DNA of 64,000 bases from a virus (taxonomy: Duplodnaviria > Caudoviricetes), in the IMG/VR virus record IMGVR_UViG_3300021400_001324, positions 1 through 64,000 of that record. The stretch is one strand, 5' to 3'. Shown in pieces: positions 56,089 through 64,000 of the stretch. The notes beneath the pieces were generated by a model that saw only the letters and a list, made by a program, of their open reading frames with translations, was not told where the DNA came from and ran no database searches. Each line of letters begins with the position of its first letter. Position 1 is the stretch's first letter. The position numbers and the translations under genes were made by a program.

Positions 56089-56158
56089 TCCCACTCTTTT
56101 TTTAAATGAGAGATAATTTTATTTTGTAATTTACATTTAAACTTATAACTTTGTAGAT

Positions 56159-57022
56159 ATGGTTAGTAAAAAATATTTCGCAGAGAAAGGTCTTACTAGT
56201 ACATCAGCCAACTATTTAGCAAATGTAGGGCAAGAAGCCCTCACTGGGTACAAAACCACTTTAGACAATCTGAGATGGTACAACGAGACTATGATTCTTC
56301 TTTCATCTGGAAAGGAAGTTCCTATGGTAAATAGCAACACGCCAATTCTAGAAGAGATTAATGTCATTATCAATGAGATGAGCAAGATTAATGCCTTCTG
56401 CGCTTGGATACGTGAAGCCATTAAAGCTAAGGAAGTTCTTGAAGGAGAATTTCCTGATTTCGATGAGTGGAAATCAGATAAAGAAACAGTATCTTCACCT
56501 GCTCGTCCTCAACGTTTCACTGAAGCTGATGTTGTAGCCGAGTTTGATGTTAAGAAGCTCAATGAATATCTCACTCTTGAAGCTTATGCAGCAACTCTCG
56601 GTAAATTGATTCATCAAGGTGGTTCAATTAGCACTGCACGCAAGCAATTGCATAACGTGCTAGAGACTCCCAACTCTGTTGAGAAGATGGATAGCGATGT
56701 CGTGATCACACGCTATACTCCGATTCTTAAAGCAGAGGAAGTTGATGATTGGTACATGCAACTTCAAAATAAATACCGTGAGGTAGAAAGACAACTTAAT
56801 CAGATTAAATATCAGATTAAGGAAGAAGTTGCAGCCCGTAATCGCGTTGCTCAAACTCAATACAACGCCGAACTCAGAAAGTATAACGCAGAACAAGAGC
56901 AATTGTTTGCTGAATATCATACTGAGTCAGAGGCGTATCGTAATGAGATCTCTAAGTTGAAGATTATTGTTCCTCGAGAACTTGAGGAAACATTTAACTA
57001 CTTACAATCTTTAGGTAAGTAA
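56159..57022 (+). CDS. Coiled-coil phage protein, 287 aa
   Basis: Intact; biased codon usage; heptad-rich C-terminus. Confidence 0.75.
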   Translation: MVSKKYFAEKGLTSTSANYLANVGQEALTGYKTTLDNLRWYNETMILLSSGKEVPMVNSNTPILEEINVIINEMSKINAFCAWIREAIKAKEVLEGEFPDFDEWKSDKETVSSPARPQRFTEADVVAEFDVKKLNEYLTLEAYAATLGKLIHQGGSISTARKQLHNVLETPNSVEKMDSDVVITRYTPILKAEEVDDWYMQLQNKYREVERQLNQIKYQIKEEVAARNRVAQTQYNAELRKYNAEQEQLFAEYHTESEAYRNEISKLKIIVPRELEETFNYLQSLGK

Positions 57023-57300
57023 ACTGTAGGGATTTATAAACACTTACCTAAAGTAAATAGGTTCAAAGACTTGATTCTCATTGGAATCTAACTTTGATTT
57101 ACAAGGATAAGAAAGAAGCGTCAATTAAATAAATTATGAACATTCAAAGTTTAATTAACTTTGTTCCTTCATTGGGAAGGACTGGCGTTTCTATCGAAAT
57201 TAAAGAACTCTCTGTCTTCGTCTTCGTTGATAGAAACGGTCTTTGTCTAGGACTTAGACTTTGTTGTAGTTGTTTCTTTCTTATCTTTGACTATTTTTAA

Positions 57301-57372
57301 GCTTCTATGGTGAAACGGTTATCACGCTTGACTGTTAATCAAGTATTCTTGGTTCAAATCCAGGTGGAAGCG
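57301..57372 (+). tRNA. tRNA-Asn(GUU)
   Basis: CTTGA CT-GTT-AA TCAAG; discriminator G73. Confidence 0.9.
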
Positions 57373-57571
57373 CAAAATTTATTTGCTGGTTTTATCACCA
57401 ATACAAATCAGCCACGGAAGCATTCCTGAGAGATCCCTGATGTAATTCAAATCTGAGTAAGGTCCGATGGTTTGGAACTATTCCGGATAATGTTCCATTC
57501 AGGAGAGATAACTGTTGAGATCACAACATGAATCAATGAGCAGTACACTCCATATCAAATTGCTCATATAT

Positions 57572-57642
57572 GGCCCTGTAGTTTAGAAGCAGAACGCAAG
57601 ATTTTCATTCTTGAGAACACGGAGCGTTACCGTGCTGGGCTA
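57572..57642 (+). tRNA. tRNA-Glu(UUC), atypical T-loop AGCGTTA
   Basis: CAAGA TT-TTC-AT TCTTG; CACGG/CCGTG T-stem. Confidence 0.75.
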
Positions 57643-57716
57643 CTTTAATACAAAACTTCACCAACTATTCAGCGATTTGGAAGTTTATGCAAGTTGAGGT
57701 TTTTGTATTTAATATA

Positions 57717-57790
57717 TGCGGGGTGGAGCAGTGGTCAGCTCGTCTGTCTCATAAGCAGAAGGTCGTCAGTTCGAATCTGACCCCACGCAA
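57717..57790 (+). tRNA. tRNA-Met(CAU), fMet-like acceptor with a bulged A
   Basis: TGCGGGG TG GAGC AGTGGTCA GCTC...CT-CAT-AA. Confidence 0.8.
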
Positions 57791-57801
57791 CTTTTAAACA
57801 T

Positions 57802-57924
57802 GGGATTCTACACGAATTATTCTTTTAAGTAGATGCATATGCTTACTAGAGTATTGGGTGGTTTTAGATTTTGAAACTGCAGATATTCAAAATCTATTAG
57901 GAGGTTCGAGTCCTCTGTTTCCCT
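57802..57924 (+). tRNA. tRNA-Cys(GCA)-like RNA with elongated anticodon and D arms
   Basis: TAGATTTTGAA/TTCAAAATCTA stem around CT-GCA-GA; T-arm GGAGG TTCGAGT CCTCT; U73. Confidence 0.5.
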
Positions 57925-58040
57925 CAAATTGGAATTTATTTAATAGAAATGTAATTCTTGGTAGTGTAAGTAGGGTTCGATTCCTGTAAATAGTAACTTA
58001 CTATATTTTTATTAAATATCTAGCTAGAATTCCAATTCTA

Positions 58041-58766
58041 GATCTCGTAGCTCAGCTGGTTTTTAGAGCACCACACTTTGATTTAAGAGTGCTATGGCGA
58101 GAAATCCCATAGTAGAATCACCCAAATTCGGTGAAAATCCTTTTCTGAATAAATGGCACATGATGCAAACTGGTTATACCTTAAGGAGTGCCAGCACTAA
58201 CCAATAATGTGTAAGGACAATACCGAGCGAAAATAAGTTTAAATTTGTATGAATACATGTACGTAATACAAATGACCATTGCAACAGATAAGCACTAACA
58301 ACAATGGGGGTAGTGCAACTTATAATCGTGTAGAGACTGAACGGGTGATACCTAAGTTGAAATTGATATCCATATTAAGCATTGATAGTGATGCTGCCTC
58401 GAAAGGGTGAAACAAAGTGCAAATCTTTGAATATGAATCTTGCAAGAATTTCAATATGGTAAAGAGACAGTGAGGTTTAACCTCCACTAACTAATGTTAG
58501 ACTATAACAAATGCGATAGTATAGAGCTGTCACGGCTGTTCGGCTGATACAAACCGAATAATAAATGTGTAAAAGTTGATTTGTTTCAAACTATCGGTGA
58601 TATCTTATTTGATTATAGTAATATTAGTTAGTGCCAGACCACAACAAATGACCCTACCCAATGGGTGAATGTCAGGGTGGGAAGGAACATTCTCAATCAT
58701 TTGGCTATGGTAACATAGAGTGGTAGGTTAATGTGGGAGTCCTGGGTTCGAATCCCAGCGGGATCA
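58041..58766 (+). tRNA. tRNA-Lys(UUU) split by a group I intron (exons 58041-58078 and 58728-58766)
   Basis: Spliced anticodon arm CCACA CT-TTT-AA TGTGG; acceptor GATCTCG/CGGGATC; A73. Confidence 0.85.
58079..58727 (+). ncRNA. Group I intron, 649 nt, no ORF, with an insertion inside P7
   Basis: IGS TTAAGAGTG pairs with the 5' exon CACTT (U.G) and the 3' exon TTAA; P3 ATCACCC/GGGTGAT; GTAGAGACTG; P9 closure ACCAC/GTGGT; terminal G at 58727. Confidence 0.85.
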
Positions 58767-58922
58767 CTAAGCAGATTATCTGTATCGGGCACCGACCCTA
58801 AGGTACATACGGATACAGATGGTGAGTAATAGAGTTCGAGGATTGTTAGTGAAATAGACTTTGAAGCTGCAATACGTGCTGAACCATGAGCGGTCGGAAC
58901 GTCTCTATTAAATCTGTTTTTC

Positions 58923-59004
58923 GCGGTTGTGCTGTAACTGGTAGCCAGGTCTGGTTTAGGCCCAGATGTCGAAAGGCGTGGGGGTTCGAGTCCCTTCAAC
59001 CGCA
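58923..59004 (+). tRNA. tRNA-Leu(UAG)
   Basis: TCTGG TT-TAG-GC CCAGA, long variable arm. Confidence 0.9.
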
Positions 59005-59032
59005 CATTTAATAACAATTAATTTATTTAATT

Positions 59033-59476
59033 ATGCACAAAGTAGTTTATAATGCTTGTTATGGAGGATTTGGTTTAAGTGCAAAAGCAATAGCTTACAT
59101 TCTCCGACAGAATAAACCAGATGTTAAGCTATTCTTTTATAAGCAAGATTTTGAAAACTGGGATTGGCACTATACAAAATGTAATGAAGCTGAAGCTACT
59201 CACGTTTTTCTAAAAGACTTTGGAGACGAGTTTTATTATGCGCAAGTGAATCAAGTACAATTCAACGACAATGTTGTTTATGATTCACAAGTCTATAAAA
59301 ATCGTCACGATCCTCGCTTAATTAAGGCAGTTGAAGAACTCGGAGAAGAAGTTAATAGTGATTATTCAGAACTTCGTATTGCTGAAATTGAATCTGATGT
59401 TTACATTATCCGAGAATATGACGGTTTGGAAAAAGTAGTAACTCCAGAGGATATAAATTGGATTAAAATTGAATAA
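59033..59476 (+). CDS. Conserved phage hypothetical protein
   Basis: KVVYNACYGGFGLS...RHDPRLIKAVEELG...IREYDGLE. Confidence 0.75.
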   Translation: MHKVVYNACYGGFGLSAKAIAYILRQNKPDVKLFFYKQDFENWDWHYTKCNEAEATHVFLKDFGDEFYYAQVNQVQFNDNVVYDSQVYKNRHDPRLIKAVEELGEEVNSDYSELRIAEIESDVYIIREYDGLEKVVTPEDINWIKIE

Positions 59477-59537
59477 CTATAAATTACTTCATAATCTAAA
59501 GTAGACCTAAGCATGTCTTAAAACTGCTTAAATTACT

Positions 59538-60104
59538 ATGTTAGTATATGCACATTCTATAAACGATGTTAATAACATCTTAAAGAAAGATAGTAATCCG
59601 TTAAGAAAATGGATTAACGAAATATTTTTGGATAAGTCTAGTAAAAATTTAAGAAGAAAGAATCAAGATATGATTTTAACTAAAGTTTTTACAAAGACTA
59701 TTCATAATAATACTTATTATGCTACTGTATATGGTTGTAAGAAAGGATTACTAATAAACATATTTCTACTTGTATCTTTAGGTAATAAACAAAAAATTTA
59801 TTTAATAAGCAGTACTGGAAGTTATGTTTTATTTACTTTTGAACAACATTTTATTAACCGATTTTTAGAAAGAACTCGAAATACTCATTATAATCTGTTA
59901 ATTGCTTTAACAAGAGAATTTAACGGGTTTCCTATATTTGCTCACTCTTTAATTTTTTTAAAAGATGGAAGATGGATGTATAAATCTAGAAACGGTTATG
60001 CTATTATGGATAAAAATATTTTTATAACTTTTATTACAGATTTGAGTAATAAACAACAAGAATTATATGATAGTTGTGCACAAAAAGATTTAAGTAGATT
60101 CTAA
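59538..60104 (+). CDS. AT-rich hypothetical protein (HFINRFLER motif)
   Basis: Intact 188 aa; flanked by two pseudoknot motifs. Confidence 0.6.
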   Translation: MLVYAHSINDVNNILKKDSNPLRKWINEIFLDKSSKNLRRKNQDMILTKVFTKTIHNNTYYATVYGCKKGLLINIFLLVSLGNKQKIYLISSTGSYVLFTFEQHFINRFLERTRNTHYNLLIALTREFNGFPIFAHSLIFLKDGRWMYKSRNGYAIMDKNIFITFITDLSNKQQELYDSCAQKDLSRF

Positions 60105-60128
60105 ACTGCTTAAATTTTATTGAAGTAT

Positions 60129-60213
60129 GGGCCGATGGTGAAATTTGGTAGACACGTTGGATTTAAGCTCCAATTCCTAGTTTGGAGTGAGGGTTCGAGT
60201 CCCTCTCGGCCTA
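60129..60213 (+). tRNA. tRNA-Leu(UAA)
   Basis: TTGGA TT-TAA-GC TCCAA, long variable arm. Confidence 0.9.
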
Positions 60214-60541
60214 CTATTTCTAATAAAAATATAACACTGAGGCGGACTTTAAACGCAAAACTCCACTAAATTGGTGGGTAGGAATGTGCGAAGTATTAGA
60301 GTTGGGAAGGGTCGCTCCCTTGGTAAGTGTTGTATTTTTTAAAATAATCCTTTTCGGCGTTTACGGTGTAACAGAGCGCTGCGCTTGGTCTATGAGTACC
60401 TTGAAAACCGTTAACTGTCGTGTTAGGTAGAGGAAGCCTAACATTTAAATTGAGGTGGCAATAAAGAGCTGTTTAGCACTAAAGTAAATTTTCATTCATG
60501 CTCAGTATCCACCTATACTGAGCTTTTTAAAATTAAGGATT

Positions 60542-60964
60542 ATGACATCTGAAGAACTATTTGAGAAAGTGTCAGAACTTACGGATAAGACTTTCAAATA
60601 TAAACCTATCAGTGAAAAAGAAGCTATTGGTAAAACAATAGAGAAAATCTATACACTTTATAATGGTTGGAATGATAATTATAAAGTAATCACTTTTACT
60701 GATAAAACCGCTTTATATTATGAATGTGATAAGGATCCAGAAATACATCCTAATTTAGTAAAATCATATGGTGACATAGAAAGTGGTGTTAATGTTTATC
60801 TAACTAGTTTTGGAAGTTCACTTTATGATGAAGGTCTTTTAAATGATACTACTGAACTTTTAAAAGCTGAGGAACAATATAGATTAGCATTTCTTGAAGA
60901 AAATAGACAAGAACAAATTAGAAAACTTAAAGAAATATTAAAACAACTAGAAAATAACTCCTAA
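60542..60964 (+). CDS. Hypothetical protein
   Basis: Intact 140 aa. Confidence 0.65.
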   Translation: MTSEELFEKVSELTDKTFKYKPISEKEAIGKTIEKIYTLYNGWNDNYKVITFTDKTALYYECDKDPEIHPNLVKSYGDIESGVNVYLTSFGSSLYDEGLLNDTTELLKAEEQYRLAFLEENRQEQIRKLKEILKQLENNS

Positions 60965-60975
60965 TTACAAATATT

Positions 60976-61419
60976 ATGAATAATATAATTATTTGGCCAA
61001 CAGAACAAAATGAATTTTTTAAGAATACTGTAATTGGCAAAACTGTAATCGATATTAAAACGGATAATTATGAATATATTTCGTTTTTATTTAACGATGG
61101 GTCTGCAATGCGAATGTATCATTCGCAAAATTGTTGTGAATCAGTAATTATTGATGATATTTGTGGAGATCTAGAAGATTTGATTGGAACTCCAATTCTT
61201 ACTGCAGAATTGCGCACAAATTTTAACGATAATCCAAAAGATGAATACGATAATTCGTTTACTTGGTCATTCTATATATTTAGAACTGTAAAAGGAACTG
61301 TGGATATTCGCTGGTATGGTACAAGTAATGGATATTATTCAGAAGATGTTCATATAGAATATCATCCATCTGATATAATTTACGATAATTGGCAAAAAGA
61401 CTTTTTCAATAAATATTAA
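60976..61419 (+). CDS. Conserved phage hypothetical protein
   Basis: MYHSQNCCESVIIDDICGDLEDLIGTPIL...WYGTSNGYYSE. Confidence 0.75.
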   Translation: MNNIIIWPTEQNEFFKNTVIGKTVIDIKTDNYEYISFLFNDGSAMRMYHSQNCCESVIIDDICGDLEDLIGTPILTAELRTNFNDNPKDEYDNSFTWSFYIFRTVKGTVDIRWYGTSNGYYSEDVHIEYHPSDIIYDNWQKDFFNKY

Positions 61420-61424
61420 ATACT

Positions 61425-61757
61425 ATGGAATATAAACTTTATTTAGTAGAAATTGTAGACTGTCTTGGTCAATGGATACCTAAATACATAGCATTTAGTT
61501 TAGCTACGGCTAGGTGTGGAATAAGAAAACTTAATGAAAAGTATGGAGGTAGTACAATGTGTTCTATTTATATATATGAATTTGAAGTAGATCCGTTGTT
61601 AGAAATTGAACATTGGAGTTACCGGATGAACATTCCTTACTATAAAAAGAAACTTATAGAGGTATACAGTCAACGTAATGGTAAATATGAGTTAAATACA
61701 GGATTTGAAATTAAAAAACTTAAAAAACAATTAGAACAATTAGAAAATGAGTCCTAA
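61425..61757 (+). CDS. Hypothetical protein
   Basis: Intact 110 aa. Confidence 0.55.
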   Translation: MEYKLYLVEIVDCLGQWIPKYIAFSLATARCGIRKLNEKYGGSTMCSIYIYEFEVDPLLEIEHWSYRMNIPYYKKKLIEVYSQRNGKYELNTGFEIKKLKKQLEQLENES

Positions 61758-61947
61758 TTATGTACAAGTAACTTATGATGGAGATGTAAACTTAGAAATA
61801 TATGTTCATCAAAATACACCATTTGGAGAACTTAATCAAAAATCTTCTTTTGCTCTTTCTCCAGATAATGTTGAAAAATTAGCACAATGTTTAAACAAAA
61901 TTATTAAGGGAGAATCTTTTAGTATGTTAATGGATTATAATCTTTAA
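61747..61947 (+). CDS. Hypothetical protein
   Basis: Intact 66 aa. Confidence 0.5.
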   Translation: MSPNYVQVTYDGDVNLEIYVHQNTPFGELNQKSSFALSPDNVEKLAQCLNKIIKGESFSMLMDYNL

Positions 61948-61950
61948 ATT

Positions 61951-62334
61951 ATGGAATCACTACTTAAATACCCTGCAGTTAAAGACATTGAAGGTAAGGT
62001 CTTAGATAAAATCATTTTTCGTGAAATGCGTTTTACTCCGTTAACAATTCTTCTATTTAAGGATAATACAGCTTGTTATATTATTGGATCAACTATTGCC
62101 AGTGATCCAGTGATTGTAAATCCTGTATATTACAATGACGGAACTGTAAGTATTCTTTATACAGATTTAGGTTTAGAATTAAGTAACTTAGATTTACTAA
62201 ATAAAGAAATTGTAGAAAGTACTAAAATATGTCTTTTAAAACAAGCTCTTACAGAGAAAGCATCAGTAATTGCTGAAATAGAGGAACTTGAAAAGAAAAT
62301 AAATAAGCTAAAGAGTAGTTACAACATTGTTTAA
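61951..62334 (+). CDS. Hypothetical protein
   Basis: Intact 127 aa. Confidence 0.55.
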   Translation: MESLLKYPAVKDIEGKVLDKIIFREMRFTPLTILLFKDNTACYIIGSTIASDPVIVNPVYYNDGTVSILYTDLGLELSNLDLLNKEIVESTKICLLKQALTEKASVIAEIEELEKKINKLKSSYNIV

Positions 62335-62348
62335 TTACTTTACAGGTT

Positions 62349-62421
62349 GCCCCAGTAGCTCAGGAGATAGAGCAATTGCCTTCTAAGCAATCGGTCGTGC
62401 GTGCAAGTCGTACCTGGGGTA
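62349..62421 (+). tRNA. tRNA-Arg(UCU)
   Basis: ATTGC CT-TCT-AA GCAAT; acceptor GCCCCAG/CTGGGGT. Confidence 0.85.
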
Positions 62422-62526
62422 CGAAGTTAATATGAATTGACCTTGTAGGTCTTATTTACTTTACTAATGATTAATTGTTAATCATTTTTATTTAAGATGT
62501 AAATATTAATTTAAAAATAATGTACT

Positions 62527-63624
62527 ATGAAAAACCTTAAATATCAAACTTACAAATTAAAATACAAAGATTTTCCTTTAGGATATGATTTCATTAAAAA
62601 TGTAGATGCATAGCCACAAGACTTACCTTATAATCAAAGATATTTTACTACTGTTGCATTAGAAGACGGTACTATATCATTTCATATGGTAGAACAAACT
62701 AATACTGATTTGCTTAAATCAATGAGTTATTCGTTAGATAATGGCAAAATTTGGAATACTGTATAGAATATTGATAGCGAAGGGGTTGATATAAATGTAA
62801 ATGTTAGTACAGGAGATAAAATATTATGGAAAGGCGATGGAATCTCATTATGTATGGATATAAGGGATTCTGAATTAGGACTAGATTTATATGGATCGTT
62901 TTTTAGCTCAGAGAGTTAGTTTAATGTAGAAGGTAATGTAATGTCGTTATTATATGGTGATAATTTTAGTAATAAAACAACATTAAATGTAGGTTTTGAG
63001 TTTGCTGATTTATTTTTTGACGGTTGGTATAAAGGGAGAAAAACAAACTTGGTTAGTGCAGAAAATTTAATTTTACCAGCAACAACGCTTAGTATAGGTT
63101 GTTATGCAGGTATGTTTAACGGTTGTACAAATCTAATTTTAGCTCCAGAATTACCTGCCACTACACTGGCTCAGAGTTGTTACAGCAGCATGTTTGATGG
63201 TTGTAGCAGTTTAACTACAGCACCTGAATTGCCTGCTACTACGTTGGATGGAGGTTGTTATGCAGGTATGTTCACTCGTTGTACCAGTTTAACTACAGCA
63301 CCAGAATTACCAGCAACTACACTTGCATATGGTTGTTACCAAGCTATGTTCTAGGATTGTACCAGTTTAACTACAGCACCAGAATTATATGCTAGTACGC
63401 TTACTAATGGTTGTTATGATAGGATGTTCAACGGTTGTACTAAACTAAATTATATTAAAGCAATGTTTATAACCACACCTTCAACTGATTATACAAAAAA
63501 TTGGGTTAAAGGTATTGCTTCAACAGGCACATTCATTAAGAATAGCGCAGCTACATGGAATGTAACTGGTAATAACGGTGTTCCGACAGGTTGGACTGTA
63601 GAAACTGCTGATACGACAAATTAA
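62527..63624 (+). CDS. BspA-like leucine-rich-repeat protein (APELPATTL repeats), 365 aa, four TAG
   Basis: TAG at 62611, 62764, 62917 and 63352 join the fragments; about 24-aa CY..MF..CTSLTTAPELPATTL repeats. Confidence 0.85.
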
Positions 63625-63632
63625 ATTTTTTG

Positions 63633-63679
63633 AATGCGTATGTAGAAAGTAACAAAATACTTCTACATGCGCTTTTTTT
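63633..63679 (+). terminator. Intrinsic terminator
   Basis: gcgtatgtagaaag...cttctacatgcgc followed by ttttttt. Confidence 0.7.
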
Positions 63680-63702
63680 CATAAAAAAATTAACTTATTA
63701 TA

Positions 63703-64000
63703 ATGAAAAAAATAGAAATCGAAATTCCCGAAGGAAAAGAAGTACAATGGGTAGGTGATACTCTTAAATTAGTAGATATTGAGAAACCTATTACTGAACG
63801 TATCAAAACGTTTGAGGATGCTTTTAATTTATGTTATAATCCTACTTTAATGCAAGAATATGTTAATAACAAAAACGCTAGTGCCGATTTAGTTGCTTAT
63901 CTAAAACTCCGTATTATTGTTGCCGCTCTTAATGAAGGTTGGGAACCTAAATTTGAAAAAGGTGTGTATCGTTATTTTCCTTGGTTCTATTTCTGTACTA
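63703..64000 (+). CDS. Conserved Bacteroidota-phage protein, 5' part (runs off the window)
   Basis: MKKIEIEIPEGK...ERIKTFEDA...LRIIVAALNEGWEP...YFPWF. Confidence 0.7.
   Translation, partial: MKKIEIEIPEGKEVQWVGDTLKLVDIEKPITERIKTFEDAFNLCYNPTLMQEYVNNKNASADLVAYLKLRIIVAALNEGWEPKFEKGVYRYFPWFYFCT

Noticed and set aside
58041-58766. tRNA-Asn(GUU) by splicing after U33
   Set aside because: The P1 U.G pair places the site after U34, P10 matches a TTAA exon start, A73 fits Lys, and a separate tRNA-Asn exists at 57301
58923-59004. Suppressor call for the tRNA with anticodon TAG
   Set aside because: Anticodon UAG reads CUA (Leu); an amber suppressor needs anticodon CUA
49142-59017. ORFs 49161..49478, 50709..50954, 50823..51023, 55173..55683 and 58697..59017
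   Set aside because: They overlap tRNAs or structured RNA and have no protein-like features
62349-62421. Suppressor call from the TTCTAA loop
   Set aside because: Stem register gives anticodon UCU (Arg)
62941-63420. Regular repeats as a CRISPR array
   Set aside because: They are degenerate in-frame coding repeats; no CRISPR array or cas operon was seen, and the Cas4-like nuclease stands alone
1-64000. Virion RNA polymerase, release factor or aminoacyl-tRNA synthetase supporting the recoding
   Set aside because: No recognisable motifs in this window; they may lie outside it

Overview
This window is a 64-kb segment of a Bacteroidota-infecting crAss-like phage (Crassvirales) genome. It has two halves. 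(1) Positions 1-46473 are mostly on the minus strand and hold the late/virion module: major capsid protein, portal, terminase large subunit, tail fibres and tailspike, holin and amidase, GroES-like protein, and large ejection/cargo proteins. Every break I traced in these ORFs is an in-frame TAG, while TAA and TGA end the genes, so this module uses TAG as a sense codon, most likely Gln (code 15). (2) Positions 47000-64000 are on the plus strand and hold small early/middle genes, three of which end in TAG, plus a tRNA cluster and several kb of structured non-coding RNA. Three group I introns can be resolved from the sequence: one in the capsid gene (carrying a GIY-YIG endonuclease), one in tRNA-Lys(UUU), and one splitting the anticodon of an amber-suppressor tRNA(CUA). 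The most notable candidate system is a genetic-code switch gated by RNA splicing, because the UAG-reading tRNA exists only after its intron is removed. The related tRNA-Lys intron has a 162-nt folded insertion that splits its P7 catalytic helix. Other highlights are a CPEB3/HDV-like ribozyme fold, a roughly 1-kb ornate ncRNA, a tRNA-Cys-like RNA with an elongated anticodon arm, a shared GGKLIPRK motif in cargo proteins, and a GC-rich, TAG-free tail-fibre cassette. All translations and RNA pairings were done by hand and no database searches were run. Family labels rest on recognised motifs and gene order.
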